A DNA stretch of 64,000 bases from Eutreptiella sp. 'Long Island Sound 2002' (lineage: Eukaryota; Protista; Euglenida). Shown here piece by piece: positions 1 to 11,755 of this stretch (its first letter is position 1; each line of letters starts with the position of its first letter). Position numbers and translations under genes: made by a program. The stretch covers positions 22,444,001-22,508,000 of the forward strand of contig OZ038378.1 of assembly GCA_964036045.1 (NCBI GenBank), read 5' to 3'. The notes below the pieces were generated by a model that did not search any database, had not been told where the DNA came from, and saw only the letters and a list, made by a program, of their open reading frames with translations.

Positions 1-2059
1 TTGGTGTTGACTGCTATGATGAGATGATGGTGACTGCAGAAGCACCATCCTCTGAGCAGTCATTTTGAATTTTAATTTGTGTCTGACTTTATTTGATTTG
101 TTATTCTGACACACCCTTTGTGGGTATTGGCACATGGAATTGCCTTTTGTAGGCAACATTTGGTAATTTCTTTGATGTATGTTTGTGTATTGATTGATTG
201 TAAAGAGTTCCTTATGGTTCGAATCGTATGCCTGTGATATTTTGTATCAATCTTGTACTGTGGCAAGCAGGCAATGCACTGACAGTATTTCATACCTCAA
301 TATACTGCATTTTGCCAAATGTGGCGAAATTTCGCATCTCATTGAAATTCCCTGAAAATGGGGGTCTGTTTCAACATACATCAGTGTACTGTTTCACAGT
401 GTGTCATCTGTACACAACAGAACCCCTTTAGTGGACAATGCAATTTGTCCTTGAGTGCTATTTCTTTGAATTTTAATGCCTGTTTTGGATGGTTTGCAGT
501 GTCCTCAATTGGAGGCAAAATGGTCCAATTGGACAATATGGGGCATGATTTCAGTTCAAAACTTCATACGTTGTGCGCTGTGTGCAATTAGGGGGTAGTA
601 ATTCACCATTTTTTTCACACCATGAATGGCCTTCATTTCGCAGACCCCCCCCCCCCCCAGGCAATTAAGGCCTCCTGAGACCTTGAAGAAGATGGCACGT
701 GGTGACCCGCCCAACCAATCCAAACCCAAGCTTGCCCCCGCACCCGGGAACGGTGCCACCCCTATCGCCGCGGTCAACCGCACCCAAGAGCCATGCTGCA
801 TCGTACCCACCCAGCAGTGGCGCCGAAACCCGTCCGTACGTATTTCAAAACATAAACAAGGTTCCATTCCTATGTCCATTGCTTGCCACGGCCGCCGTAG
901 CATCTCTGTAGTGTCTATCGATCCATGTCCCAGAAGTCTGCCTCGGATTGCGCCTCAAGTGTGTGGCAGTGCGCTGTGGACATTGTAGACAGGAATGTCT
1001 GCCCCGCCATAGAGGTTGGGGTGAATGCCGTACCATGAGTGATGAGGAGGATATAGCGGGTACGTTGAAGTGGGATTTGCTTCGTCCAATTGCAAGACTC
1101 TGCTTCGCGCCAAAGCCGCCGTGCTTCATCTCCACTGTCGACCGCGCCATTTTTTTGCGAACTATCGTGCCGAGCTAGTATCTACCAGCAAAGTATGACA
1201 CCACGCTTGAAAGGATGGTCAACAAAAAGAATTGAAAATGGAGGAAATCAGGGCAGTTCAGGCCCAGCTTTGGAATACGCCTTCTCGGCACCGCATGGCA
1301 CCGGGGATGATCTGGCGCCATGTTTGACTCTGTTGCCCCCCACCCGTGGCGCAGTTATTCCTTAGGGATTCCGATACTCCGCGGGACGCAAAAAGCAACA
1401 GGATGTGGCAGCTACTCAAGTCCGTGCTCAGGGAACCTTACGGCGAAAAAGCCGCGTGGACGCACGACCAGGTGAAAGATTGGACAAAGAACGCGAGCAC
1501 GTGCGCGGTGGAAAACGGTGGCTCATCCAATATCCACCAATCGTCATCATAGTTGAACCCGCCGAGGGATGACAAGCCTGGTGTGCCCCGTCTGCTGGTG
1601 AATGATGTGTGTTCCGACGATATTACGGGAACCATCCTGAACGCCCATACAATTGACATTGAGGGAGTCCACACCCCTCTCGGGGGCTGCAGCAGTGCTG
1701 TGCGCGGCGACGATGATTTCCCTAGGGGAGCGCGGAAGCGCGTCCTGCAGATGGCAGAGCAAATTGATCGGTCGATCCGCCCCGTACCACATGATTGCAA
1801 CGGCCTGGGAGGAATGGAGGTCCGTTTAGCAGTTGCTGGTGCCAAAAATGCCCCCTTGCGACTGTCGCACCCGCAAGCAAAACTGGCCAACTGGTTGGTG
1901 CGTGGGAGGGCCCGCGAGGTGGACAGGGAGGAAATCTGCATGACATGGCATAGGGGCTGCAGACCCCACTTGAGCCGTGGATGTTGTGATTCACAGCACT
2001 CGTACACAACAATGTGGGACAGACGTGGGGCAGAGCCCGTACCACTCCGTACGCCATAC

Positions 2060-2500
2060 TCCATACTGTAGCTACTCGGGCCGTGGGACGATAACGTATG
2101 ACGATGACGGAATTACATGTGTGCCCACACACATGACATCACAGAGCATACAACAACATACCACAACACACACCACAGGGTGCAGACACCAACAACATGC
2201 CCCAACCGGCTAAACACCCAACAAATAACCCAAGCGGCCAAACAACCCAACCACCCAAGCAACCAACACACCATTCAACGAACCACACCAACCACACCAC
2301 ATGAAAACACAACACACCACAACGCACGTCACGTCATATGACCACAACACACTACCCCCCCACACAGTACAACACACCAGAGCCAATCACACACTACAAC
2401 AGACCGCAGCGCAGCACGGCACACCACAGCACACCACACCACATGACACCTAATGAGACCACAACACACCACAACATTGCACAGCATTGCATTGCATACC
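2060..2500. repeat. CA-rich low-complexity tract
   Basis: Dense degenerate ACAC/CAAC/CACCAC repeats; overlapping ORFs are T/H/Q low-complexity artefacts. Confidence 0.75.
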
Positions 2501-2896
2501 TGCAAATTGAAATTGTAGTTTGTCAGTCAAATATCCAAAAAATCCAATGAGAAACCACCCGTGAAACAAAGAAAAGAACACCCTCCCAGACCCCTGAGTT
2601 CAACCCCCCCCCCCGCCCAAGGTAGTTCTCAAGCCCCCCATGAAAAATCTGTGACAAAAGCAAAGACGCCCCCCCCCCCCCCCCCAAACCAACGCTTGAA
2701 GGGAGGGCAGCCCCACAGTGCCCGTGCGTACGTCAAAATGTGTGCGTGCATGTGTGTGTGTGTGTGTGTGTTTGTGTGTGTGTTTGTGTGTGTGATACTT
2801 TGTTTTTTGTGTTCTACCTAGGCTATTATATCGTTGTAGTATTGATCTAATCTAGGCTAGAACATCTAGGCTAGAGTGTTCTAGGCTAGAACAAGA

Positions 2897-4750
2897 TTGG
2901 GTGTTCTAGCGTGTACCAAGGGCACTAGGGGGGGGCGCATGAATGTAAACTTGCAAGTAGCCGTCATAGATTGTCTGGGAAATCTCATCCCCCACATGGA
3001 CATCAGTGTACCTAGCAGCACCATGCTCGTTACGTGGTGGGAAATGTCAAAGAAGGCATTTAATGCGTGGCGCATGGAGGAACACATAGAGGAGTTGAAC
3101 CTTCTACAGAAAATCAAATTTCCGATCTCAGAACCCACCGCCGTAATAACCCTTGATTTCATGTGTGGTGACCACCATTATATTTGATTTGAGACCCGCA
3201 CCAACGGTTTTCACTATTTGACTGGTCTCGCACAGATCACATGCGAAAGCTCTTTTGGGGTACACACAACCTCCCCACCAATCCCGGTTTCCGTCTAGGT
3301 GCCGTTGACAATGTTGAGAACATGCAATTTGTGCTGCCCATCCTGCACAACTTCAAGGGCACAGTGTGACGCTTTTTTGGTATATTTGGGTGTGCCTTGG
3401 ATGGCACCCAGCAAGTTGCATTCGTGGCCATGCTTTCAAAGGTGGCAAAGTGGTATGTTGTGTCTGACAATGCACAACAAGCAGCTACAGAGGCCCGCAA
3501 CGCTTTGCATCTCAATTGAGTCTCACAGGGCGTGAGTCGCGTGAGCCGTTGGCTATTGTTTTGGGCATGATTTTGCCTGTGTCATTCGACTGGGCTGCCT
3601 TGTCACGGTGCCATGTTCGCGGTGCTGCTTTATGCAAGTGACCCGAAAATGCCTCCTGTTCATTGGAGAGCAGCGGGTGCACTACACACCTTTCTGGCAC
3701 TGCTAGTCATGGAGTTGGCAGAGGCCGGGAGTACATGCACATTGTCTTGCCATTCTTTGTTGCACACATGGGGGTTGCCCGTATTGTCACTATGCACCAG
3801 CGATGAGGCAGGTGAGAGCAACCTCCGTCCCAGCAAGCACTTTGCCCAAGTAACCTCAACAGTCCCCGACGACACGATTCACGAATGCCTGACTCATGAA
3901 TTATACATGAAGCTGTTGCACACCAGTGCAACTAGGCGGCAACTAGGCGGCATGGTCGCTTATGGCGCCCACAACGGCGGCCCATCATTCTCGAGTCTTG
4001 CATTTTTGGAGCTGCTGAAGTGTGGCGCCATGCGCATGGTGCATGTCCTAACATTGTGGTCGGTCATTGGGGATGCCACCATGTACATTGATACGAGTGC
4101 CCACAATTTGAAGTTGGGACTGCCAGGGGTCCAGGGTCGCAGTGACGTTCGCCGTGTGTTTGCGCAATGTGCGCAGGTACAGAGCACCAAGCGACATTCG
4201 GAGCCATGTGATTTGAGCATGTTTTAGGCTTGGCCGATGGCCCCTTGCACACCAAATCGTGTGTTTCAGTCCAGCAAGATAAGAAAAAGGTCCACAACGG
4301 TGGACGACCGCCCGGCCAGCACTCAGCAACCGGTGGCATCGGATGTTGAATTCCGTTAGGCTGCTTCAGAGTGTGACGTCTTGCGGAAATGCACAAAACC
4401 CTGTGTGCAAGTGCCGTGTGGCCTTGAAGAGCACAATATATAAAGAGGAGCGAAGTGATCGCGACTCTGATCAGGGCAGTAGTGGTGAGGAGTTTCCTCG
4501 TTGGCCTACACAACGGTGCAAACACACCACCATCGTTGGTGCAAGTAACAGTAGCAGTAGCAGTAGCAGTAGCAGTAGCAGTAGCAGTAGCAGTGATGGT
4601 AGCACTAGCAATGACACAAATAGTGAATCAGTCACCACCAGCGATGGCGACGATGCATCTGCAATTCTTTTTGACGAGGCAGGTTGGTGCAATATGTCTT
4701 CGGCTGTTTACATGTTGTCAGAACTGCAGGAGTTTGAATCGAAACACTGA
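2897..4750 (+). pseudogene. Degenerate DNA-transposase-like coding remnant (possibly CACTA/EnSpm or Plavaka-like)
   Basis: Broken co-oriented ORFs (2897-3187, 3613-4227, 4343-4750). YIDTSAHNLKLG at ~4084-4119 resembles the D-x-M-H-x-L-x-L-G motif of CMC/Plavaka transposases; acidic Ser-rich tail. Family assignment is from motif memory only. Confidence 0.3.
4549..4594 (+). repeat. (CAGTAG)n microsatellite
   Basis: About 7.5 perfect CAGTAG units; poly-Ser in one frame. Confidence 0.95.
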
Positions 4751-4790
4751 TTGGTGGCAGCAGTACATATGCTTTTGCTTTGTACTTTGT

Positions 4791-5160
4791 GTAGGTGGGG
4801 CCGCCGCAAGGGACCCCCCCCCCCCTTGCGGTGTGTGGTACCCATGGCCACACATACCCAAGCCGATGGTACCTTGATGGTAATCATGGGCGCTGCGAAC
4901 TGTCAGTTATTACCTTGTCCTCATACCCAACAGTTCGGAGGTGCCGGGCACTTTTTTTTGTTTCAATTTTTCGTGTCTTCTCGTGTGCATGTGTCCTACC
5001 ATTTGGTTCTCAGACAATGGTGTAAGTAGGGCCGCCGCAAGCACGCGGTGTGTGGTACCCATGGCCCCTGCGAACTGTCGGGCCGCATACCCAACAGTTC
5101 GGAGGTGCCCGACACTTTTTTTGTTTCTTCTTGTTTTGCCTATGTCCTACCCTTTGGTTC
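4791..5160 (+). repeat. Two imperfect tandem direct repeats (~220 and ~140 bp)
   Basis: Blocks gggccgccgcaag / gcggtgtgtggtacccatggcc / tgcgaactgtc / catacccaacagttcggaggtgcc recur at 4791-5010 and 5022-5160; may be the 5' region of the downstream LINE. Confidence 0.8.
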
Positions 5161-6349
5161 TTCCTACCCATCAAGGGTGTCCGTACTTTTACCCGCAGCT
5201 TGTGTAGGCTTCCCCTACACGGACGAGCGGTCAAGGGTGCTCGTAATTTTACCCGCAGCTCGTGTAGCTGCCCTTACACAACCCACCCGGAAACCCACGA
5301 GGAAGCATCCCAGCGAGTTTCACAGGCAAAATCAGAAAGTGTTGTGGCATTTTCCCTCGTAAAAGGTGTTCCCAAAGTGTCCGACATAGGACGAGCGCCA
5401 CGGTTACATATGTGGCAGCATCTACACTTGAAAATCTCACCTGTCTCCCGCCATGCCAAGTTTATGGATTGTTTTCGCTTGATTTCTACATTTCTTGCAG
5501 TTACAAGACTCAAGCAGGGCCTTCTTTCTATCACCACGTCTCTCATGCCAGAGCACAGACCCACCTTGGTAAAATTGCTGGAATTCTTGAATGAGACAGA
5601 TGAAACTCACCACCAACAGTCACAAAAAGTGGAAGGCTCTCTTAGGCATCACACACAGGCTAGGTCGCCACAACTCACAACAAAAACCCCAACGCCCATG
5701 TACCTGCGGCTCACTTGGAAATGTGAAGTTGGGGCTCAGCTGGGGCTAAAACGGCTCATTTGGGGCTAAGTGGTGTTTTTCAAGGGGTTTAATGTGAAAA
5801 GTTGTGGCTTTTGGGGGTGGGTTGGGGTTTTGGAATGTCCCCAAAGGGACACCAATCCCTAGGCCAAGAGGATTTGACCGGGGGGGTTTCTTTTTTTCGA
5901 CGGCTCAGTTGACTGAGCACCCCGACTGAGCCGTCACTGAGCCGTCGCTGAGCCGGCCCACTGAGCGCTCACGGAACGCGCCAAATGGCTCAGTGAGCGC
6001 TCACTGAGAGCTAATTAGGGGCTCACTCAGGGCTCACTCAGGAGTTTCTCCCCCTTTCCGCCCTCTCTTCCCACCCTTGCCGGCCCACACTTCACCCTTT
6101 TCACACCAACATTGGTCCGCAGTTCTCACCACGTCTTTTCTCCAAGAACTTGAGCGTGCATGCACACATACATACTTACATACATGTACCCGTGGCGACA
6201 AACACACAAACATCCAAACACACACACTTCGTCAGGGACACAAATATCCAAACACATACACACACATACACCATACACGCGTCCACACGCACATGCACAT
6301 GCACAAATTGACAACCACTTTCATTCGTGTGTGCAATTATCTTGCAATT

Positions 6350-7015
6350 TGTAACACAGAGTGTGCAGTGTGCAGTGTGCAATACACAGTATGCAGTGTG
6401 CAGTGTGCAATACATAGTGTGCAGTGTGCAGCGTGCAATACACAGTGTGCAGTGACAGCGTACAGTGACAGTGAACCATGAGTGAGCCCTCACTGAGCGC
6501 TCACTGAGCCATTTGGCGCGCTCACTGAGCGCTCACTGCGCCGTTTCGCGCGCTCAGTGAGCGCTCAGTGAGCGCGCCAAATGGCGCAGTGAGCGCTCAC
6601 TGAGCGCGCCAAATGGCTCAGTGAGCGCTCAGTGAGGGCTCACTCATGGTTCACTGTCACTGTACGTTGTACGTGTACACTGTCACTGTACACTATCCAT
6701 GGACACTGCCAATGGTGTCACTGTCTACTGTCAATGTACATGGTACACTGTACTCTGGCACCGTACGTTGTCACTGCACACTGCACACTGCCACTGCACA
6801 CTGTCACTATACACTATCACTGTACATTGTCACTGTACACTGTACACTGTACACTGTACTCTGTACACTGTACTCCCCAAGGTCTCATAGAATGTATCCC
6901 CACACACAGTACGTCCGCCACAACGCCCAAGTCTCTATACTAGCACTCTACACTGTCACTCTACACGCACTGTATGCTCTCACTATACACCGTCACTGTA
7001 CACTGTCACTGTAAA
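6350..7015. repeat. Inner palindrome: ~210-bp hairpin core (6459-6667) flanked by CAGTGTG-type and CACTGTA-type repeats
   Basis: cgtacagtgacagtgaaccatgagtgagccctcactgagcg... mirrors ...cgctcagtgagggctcactcatggttcactgtcactgtacg. Confidence 0.9.
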
Positions 7016-7232
7016 CTTGGTGCGGTCTTTTTTGGGAGGGGGTGGATGGTGATTTGAGCCCCCCTCTTTGTAGTCCTTTACCCCGCACCACCCCCCCCCC
7101 CACCGCTACAGCCAGAACCCAAAGAACAGCTGCAGCCACAGTGAAAGCTGCAACTGCAGCCTTCGCCACAGCCAGGGCCACACACACTGACACAACCACA
7201 ACCAAATCCACACACAACGCAGCTTGCAGACA

Positions 7233-7306
7233 CACACCCACACCCACACCCACACCCACACCCACACCCACACCCACACCCACACCCACACCCACACCCA
7301 CACCCA
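7233..7306 (+). repeat. (ACACCC)n microsatellite
   Basis: About 12 perfect hexamer units; source of PT/GV/WV dipeptide ORFs. Confidence 0.95.
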
Positions 7307-10300
7307 CAACCAAAGCCGCAACCACAGCCACTAGCATAACCACACCAAGAACGACAGCTACCACAACAACCATGGCAACAACCTCACGCAAGCCCAGAAC
7401 CACAACCACAACCACAAACACAACCATACCTGCATCTGCAGCCACAAACACAATGTTATGCGCACACAATCAAAGCCTATGCCACACAACACCAAAACCA
7501 ACAACAACATCCAAAACAACAGCTGCAAAAGCTCCAACACACACACACACACACACACACACACATTGGCACACACACACACACACACACCTGCGCGTAC
7601 ACACATTCACAAATCCACATACGCACACAAACCTAGACAACCAGAGACCAAAGAATGCAGTCACACGCTCACAGTGACGCACAAGGACACCTTCACCCAC
7701 GCATCGATCCAAGCAAGCCCCCCCCCCCCGACTCACACACAAACATACATACAAGCACACTAAATGAGAGAAACCAAGAGGGAACAAACCATCCACACTT
7801 GTGCACATGCGCATGGGCACAAGCACACACCCACAAACACACACAATAGCACAACATACCTGCAAAGGTCATCGTCATTGCCGCCACCATCATACACTCG
7901 ATGCCATGGCCAGCAAAAAGGGCAGGGCAAGGGGACGCGACAGGCAAGATAAGAGAAGGGGTTGGCATGGGGTAAGCGGGGGGATCAGGCATGGCAAAAG
8001 GGGACGGGAGGGGATAAGGAGGGAGGGGAATGACTGTGTCATGGTGTAGGTCAAGATGGTTGTGTGATGAACCTCACAAAAGCGAGCAATATCCTCTGTG
8101 CCCTATTTGTGCTTCATGGCGCGCGTGCCCGTGTGTGTGTGGGGTGGGTGGGTGCCATTGTGATGAGGCAACAAGGAACACCCTTGCAAATGGTTAGGTT
8201 CATATCCCCGAACCCCAACCCCGTAACCATCTCTCCCTAGCCGTTCACTTCACATGGTTCAATGTGGCCATGTGTTTATGTACACGCAAGATAATTGCAC
8301 ACACGAATGAATGTGGTTGTCAATTTGTGCATGTGCATGTGCCTGTGGACGTGTGTATGGTGTATGTGTGTGTATGTGTTTGGATATTTGTGTCCCTGAC
8401 GAAGTGTGTGTGTTTGGATGTTTGTGTGTTTGTCGCCACGGGTACATGTATGTAAGTATGTATGTGTGCATGCACGCTCAAGTTCTTGGAGAAAAGACGT
8501 GGTGAGAACTGCGGACCAATGTTGGTGTGAAAAGGGTGAAGTGTGGGCCAGCAAGGGTGGGAAGAGAGGGCGGAAAGGGGGAGAAACTCCTGAGTGAGCC
8601 CTGAGTGAGCCCCTAATTAGCTTTCAGTGAGCGCTCACTGAGCGCTCACTGAGCCGTTTGGCGCGCTCAGTGAGCGCTCAGTGAGCCGGCTCAGCGACGG
8701 CTCAGTGACGGCTCAGTCGGGCGCTCAGTCAACTGAGCCGTCGCCAAAAAAAGTACCCCCCCCCTTGAACCTTGACCAAGTGAGTATCTAAAACTTCTAA
8801 AAACATTAAATGCACATTACCTAGCATGCAAAACGCACAACAAACAAGCACAAAGACATCGCAATGCACAACTGAGCCCCAAATGAGCCCCAACTTCACA
8901 TTTCCACTTAGCCACCAGTGAGCCGCAGGTACACAACTCACCCCCTATGCATGGACTACTGAGATGGATAAACATGGAAAAATCAGAGAGTCTGGCAAAA
9001 TAATTACACATGGCGGTGTGTCTCAATATGTCAGAAGGTCAACATTTCTCTCCTAGTGATTTACATGCACAATGGAACACGCTAAATACTCATGCATCAC
9101 ATCCCAAGTTGGATTGAATCATACAAAGTTTATTCACACAGGCAGAGCAGGAAGCACCATAGGATACACAATCGGTAAGCACAAGTCACAATGCAGCCAA
9201 GCAAGCTGAGCAAAAAAATCAACAAGCTAGACAAAGCTCACAGGCAAAATCATCAGATCCAGCAAAATATCCCATATGCATATTGGTTGCATGGAATGCG
9301 GTGTCAGATCCTCAGGAGCAGGACATTTCTGCTCGTATATTGGGCACGGCCCTAAGGCCAGTTTTTGGCAAGAATTTCTGTTCAATCAATGATGACTGAA
9401 TGGAAGGCACCGGAGCCTGTTGTATGTTGGGAGTCGTAGAGGAAGGAAAAGATCAGGCAAATACACTAGGTATGTCCATGATTTTAGGCCGGAGAATAAA
9501 TTGGAAAAAAGCAACTCATCAACCCTGGACCCCTTTGGTCCCTCAAGGATTTTATCACAATTCACCACAAGCTCAAGAAACGAATCAATCAGCAAGCAAG
9601 AAAAACATAAGAAGAAGGTCACACCTCAAGTGGCTCTGTTACATCGGACGATCATAGACACAAAAAAGACAATAAACGCAAGCGAAAGACAGATACATAC
9701 AATTGGAAACGAAGCCGTTGAAAGTCAAGATCATGGTGTCCACAACACTCGAAAACCGACAGAAGACATCGCTCACGCTCTGATTCTAGGTCAAGATCAC
9801 CGGTCCGCAGAACACCAAAGAACACTCCGCAACACAGCCAACGGGCAACCTCAGCAAGTTACCCAGCATCCTTGGACACCACAACACACAGACGTCCATA
9901 ACCATACCTACCTATTTACACCTGAACAAGAAAGGTGGACCTACAACTGGCCATCCTGACCCACTCCCACGAGCTCTTCCCGTGCCGTCAGACTTCCCAA
10001 TTCATCAAGTGAGTCAATATGTATTCCCATCGAATGGAAAAGAATTGGATAGCCAATGGGGCTTCTAGATCTAGGGTACTCAGTGTGTCTCATTTCGTGA
10101 AGTACCAGCAGATGTTCTCTCCCTTTTGCCAGTTCTTGCTAGAGTTGGCCCATTTTTGTGTCAGTGGGCGGATGTGTTCTATTAAATCCAACTACAAGGA
10201 GCCTTGCAAATCTCAGGTCAATCTAAATCTGGTACTCGGTATTGTTCTCGTATACCAACTAGTCATTCTGTTGTATTGCTGATGCATTGGTTTACACAGT

Positions 10301-10553
10301 TCTCAGTAACACACGCATCACTCACCAACACATCCACTACCCTTCTCATGGTACTCTTCAAACCTCGCACTATATGCAGAGCACTCAGGATCACAGGCTC
10401 AATACCAGCCCGTTTATATAGTTCACTGTTCAAAGCAATAGAATGTACCATAGTGCCTCAGACGATGGATGCAAAATACCCACGTGTATATGACTCAATA
10501 CACAAATCAGCATCAAGGAAAAGGTAAGACATCTGCATGCGTGGACCAAGGAA

Positions 10554-11282
10554 ATGAACTTCCCGGACATCATGTTATTACAGGAGGTTGCAAAATTGCC
10601 CCGTGATTGCATGTTTCATCCCCTGTATATGGCCTTTTGTACAAGCAGAGATGGCAACTCATTGGGTGTTGCTATCTTACTGTGTAGAGTTTCGGGCATG
10701 CCGTTTCAAGAACAACATGTTTCATGGGATTGCCGAGCCATTGTGGTTCGAGTCTTATACAAGTCACAACCTTTACAAGTCTTTAACCTCTATCTCAAAT
10801 CAAAAGTGGAGGCCCACGAGATACGGACAACCTTGGAGTGGGTCACCCCCTTTTTGATACCCAAGCACTGGTACCATATTGTAGGTGGAGATTTCAATCA
10901 ACAAGGTGAATGGGATAAAGAATGTCCCTTTGCAAGTCCAGCAATCACAGGAGCCATTTTGGATACATTTCAGGACACAAATATTAGTCCGGTGGAGAAG
11001 GACAAACCTGGACCCACGTGGGTCGGAGCGCAGGGACATGTCAGGGTGCTACATCATTTCATGACATCTTGTACGACTGTCAATCCGCGTGAGGCGCATG
11101 TATCTTATCAGTGTTCCTTTCCCACTGAGCATTTCCCAGTGGTATTATACTTGCACCATATGAATCTTATTGTACAGGAGTGTTTTAGGCGCTTGCGCAC
11201 CAGCACCTCCTTTGATGAAAGTCAAAGAAACCCACACTTTGTTTTCCAACAAAGTCAAGTCCCATGCTTTCCAAATTTGTGA
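10554..11282 (+). pseudogene. AP-endonuclease domain of LINE ORF2
   Basis: Motifs MLLQEV, LGVAIL, VFNLYL, IVGGDFN, PTW, EHFPV in the expected EEP-domain order. Confidence 0.85.
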
Positions 11283-11755
11283 TGTATATTCTTGTACCTG
11301 TTGTGCTTGTGCTATATGTTGCCACCACTGGGGGTGTCCCTTGACATAGACTTGCATTCTGTGCATGGCTTTCAACACCAACGTGGGGATAGAATATGCA
11401 TCCTATGGTTCCCCAAATATGTCAGTGATTGTGTCCAAAATTGCTTGTGTAAAGTGTGCCTTTGATCGTAAATATCTGTTGAAAACGTGCTAACTGTGCA
11501 GAGGTGATTTCAATGGGCATCTCATATCTACATGTGGCCTCTGTGCATGCTGACGGTGGTAGGGTTCTCTGTCGACATCCCAATACAATATTGGAACCTA
11601 CATATGTGTCCCAGCATAAACCATAGGCAGACATGTTAGGTTTAGTTGCTTTGGATCAATTCCGGCAGCGACATTTGTCACCACCTCTAAAGGTGAGTTG
11701 AGGAGAAATTTTACGGTGGATACACTAGAATCCGCCGAAATTTCCTACATTTGTA

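Larger units (their letters stand above)
5699..8933. mobile_element. Foldback element with long terminal inverted repeats
   Basis: 5895-6347 is the near-exact reverse complement of 8286-8745; outer block tgtacctgcggctcact..tggaaatgtgaagttggggctca (5699-) pairs with 8884-8933. No transposase ORF inside. Confidence 0.88.

Noticed and set aside
5895-6660. Similarity of CGCTCACTGAG to the AAV ITR next to the Rep-binding element
   Set aside because: Only an 11-nt match; no GAGC tetramer array, T-shaped ITR, or rep/HUH gene seen.
7042-7677. Mucin-like Thr/Pro-rich 211-aa ORF
   Set aside because: Built from ACACCC and CA microsatellites inside the foldback element; no signal peptide or splice evidence.
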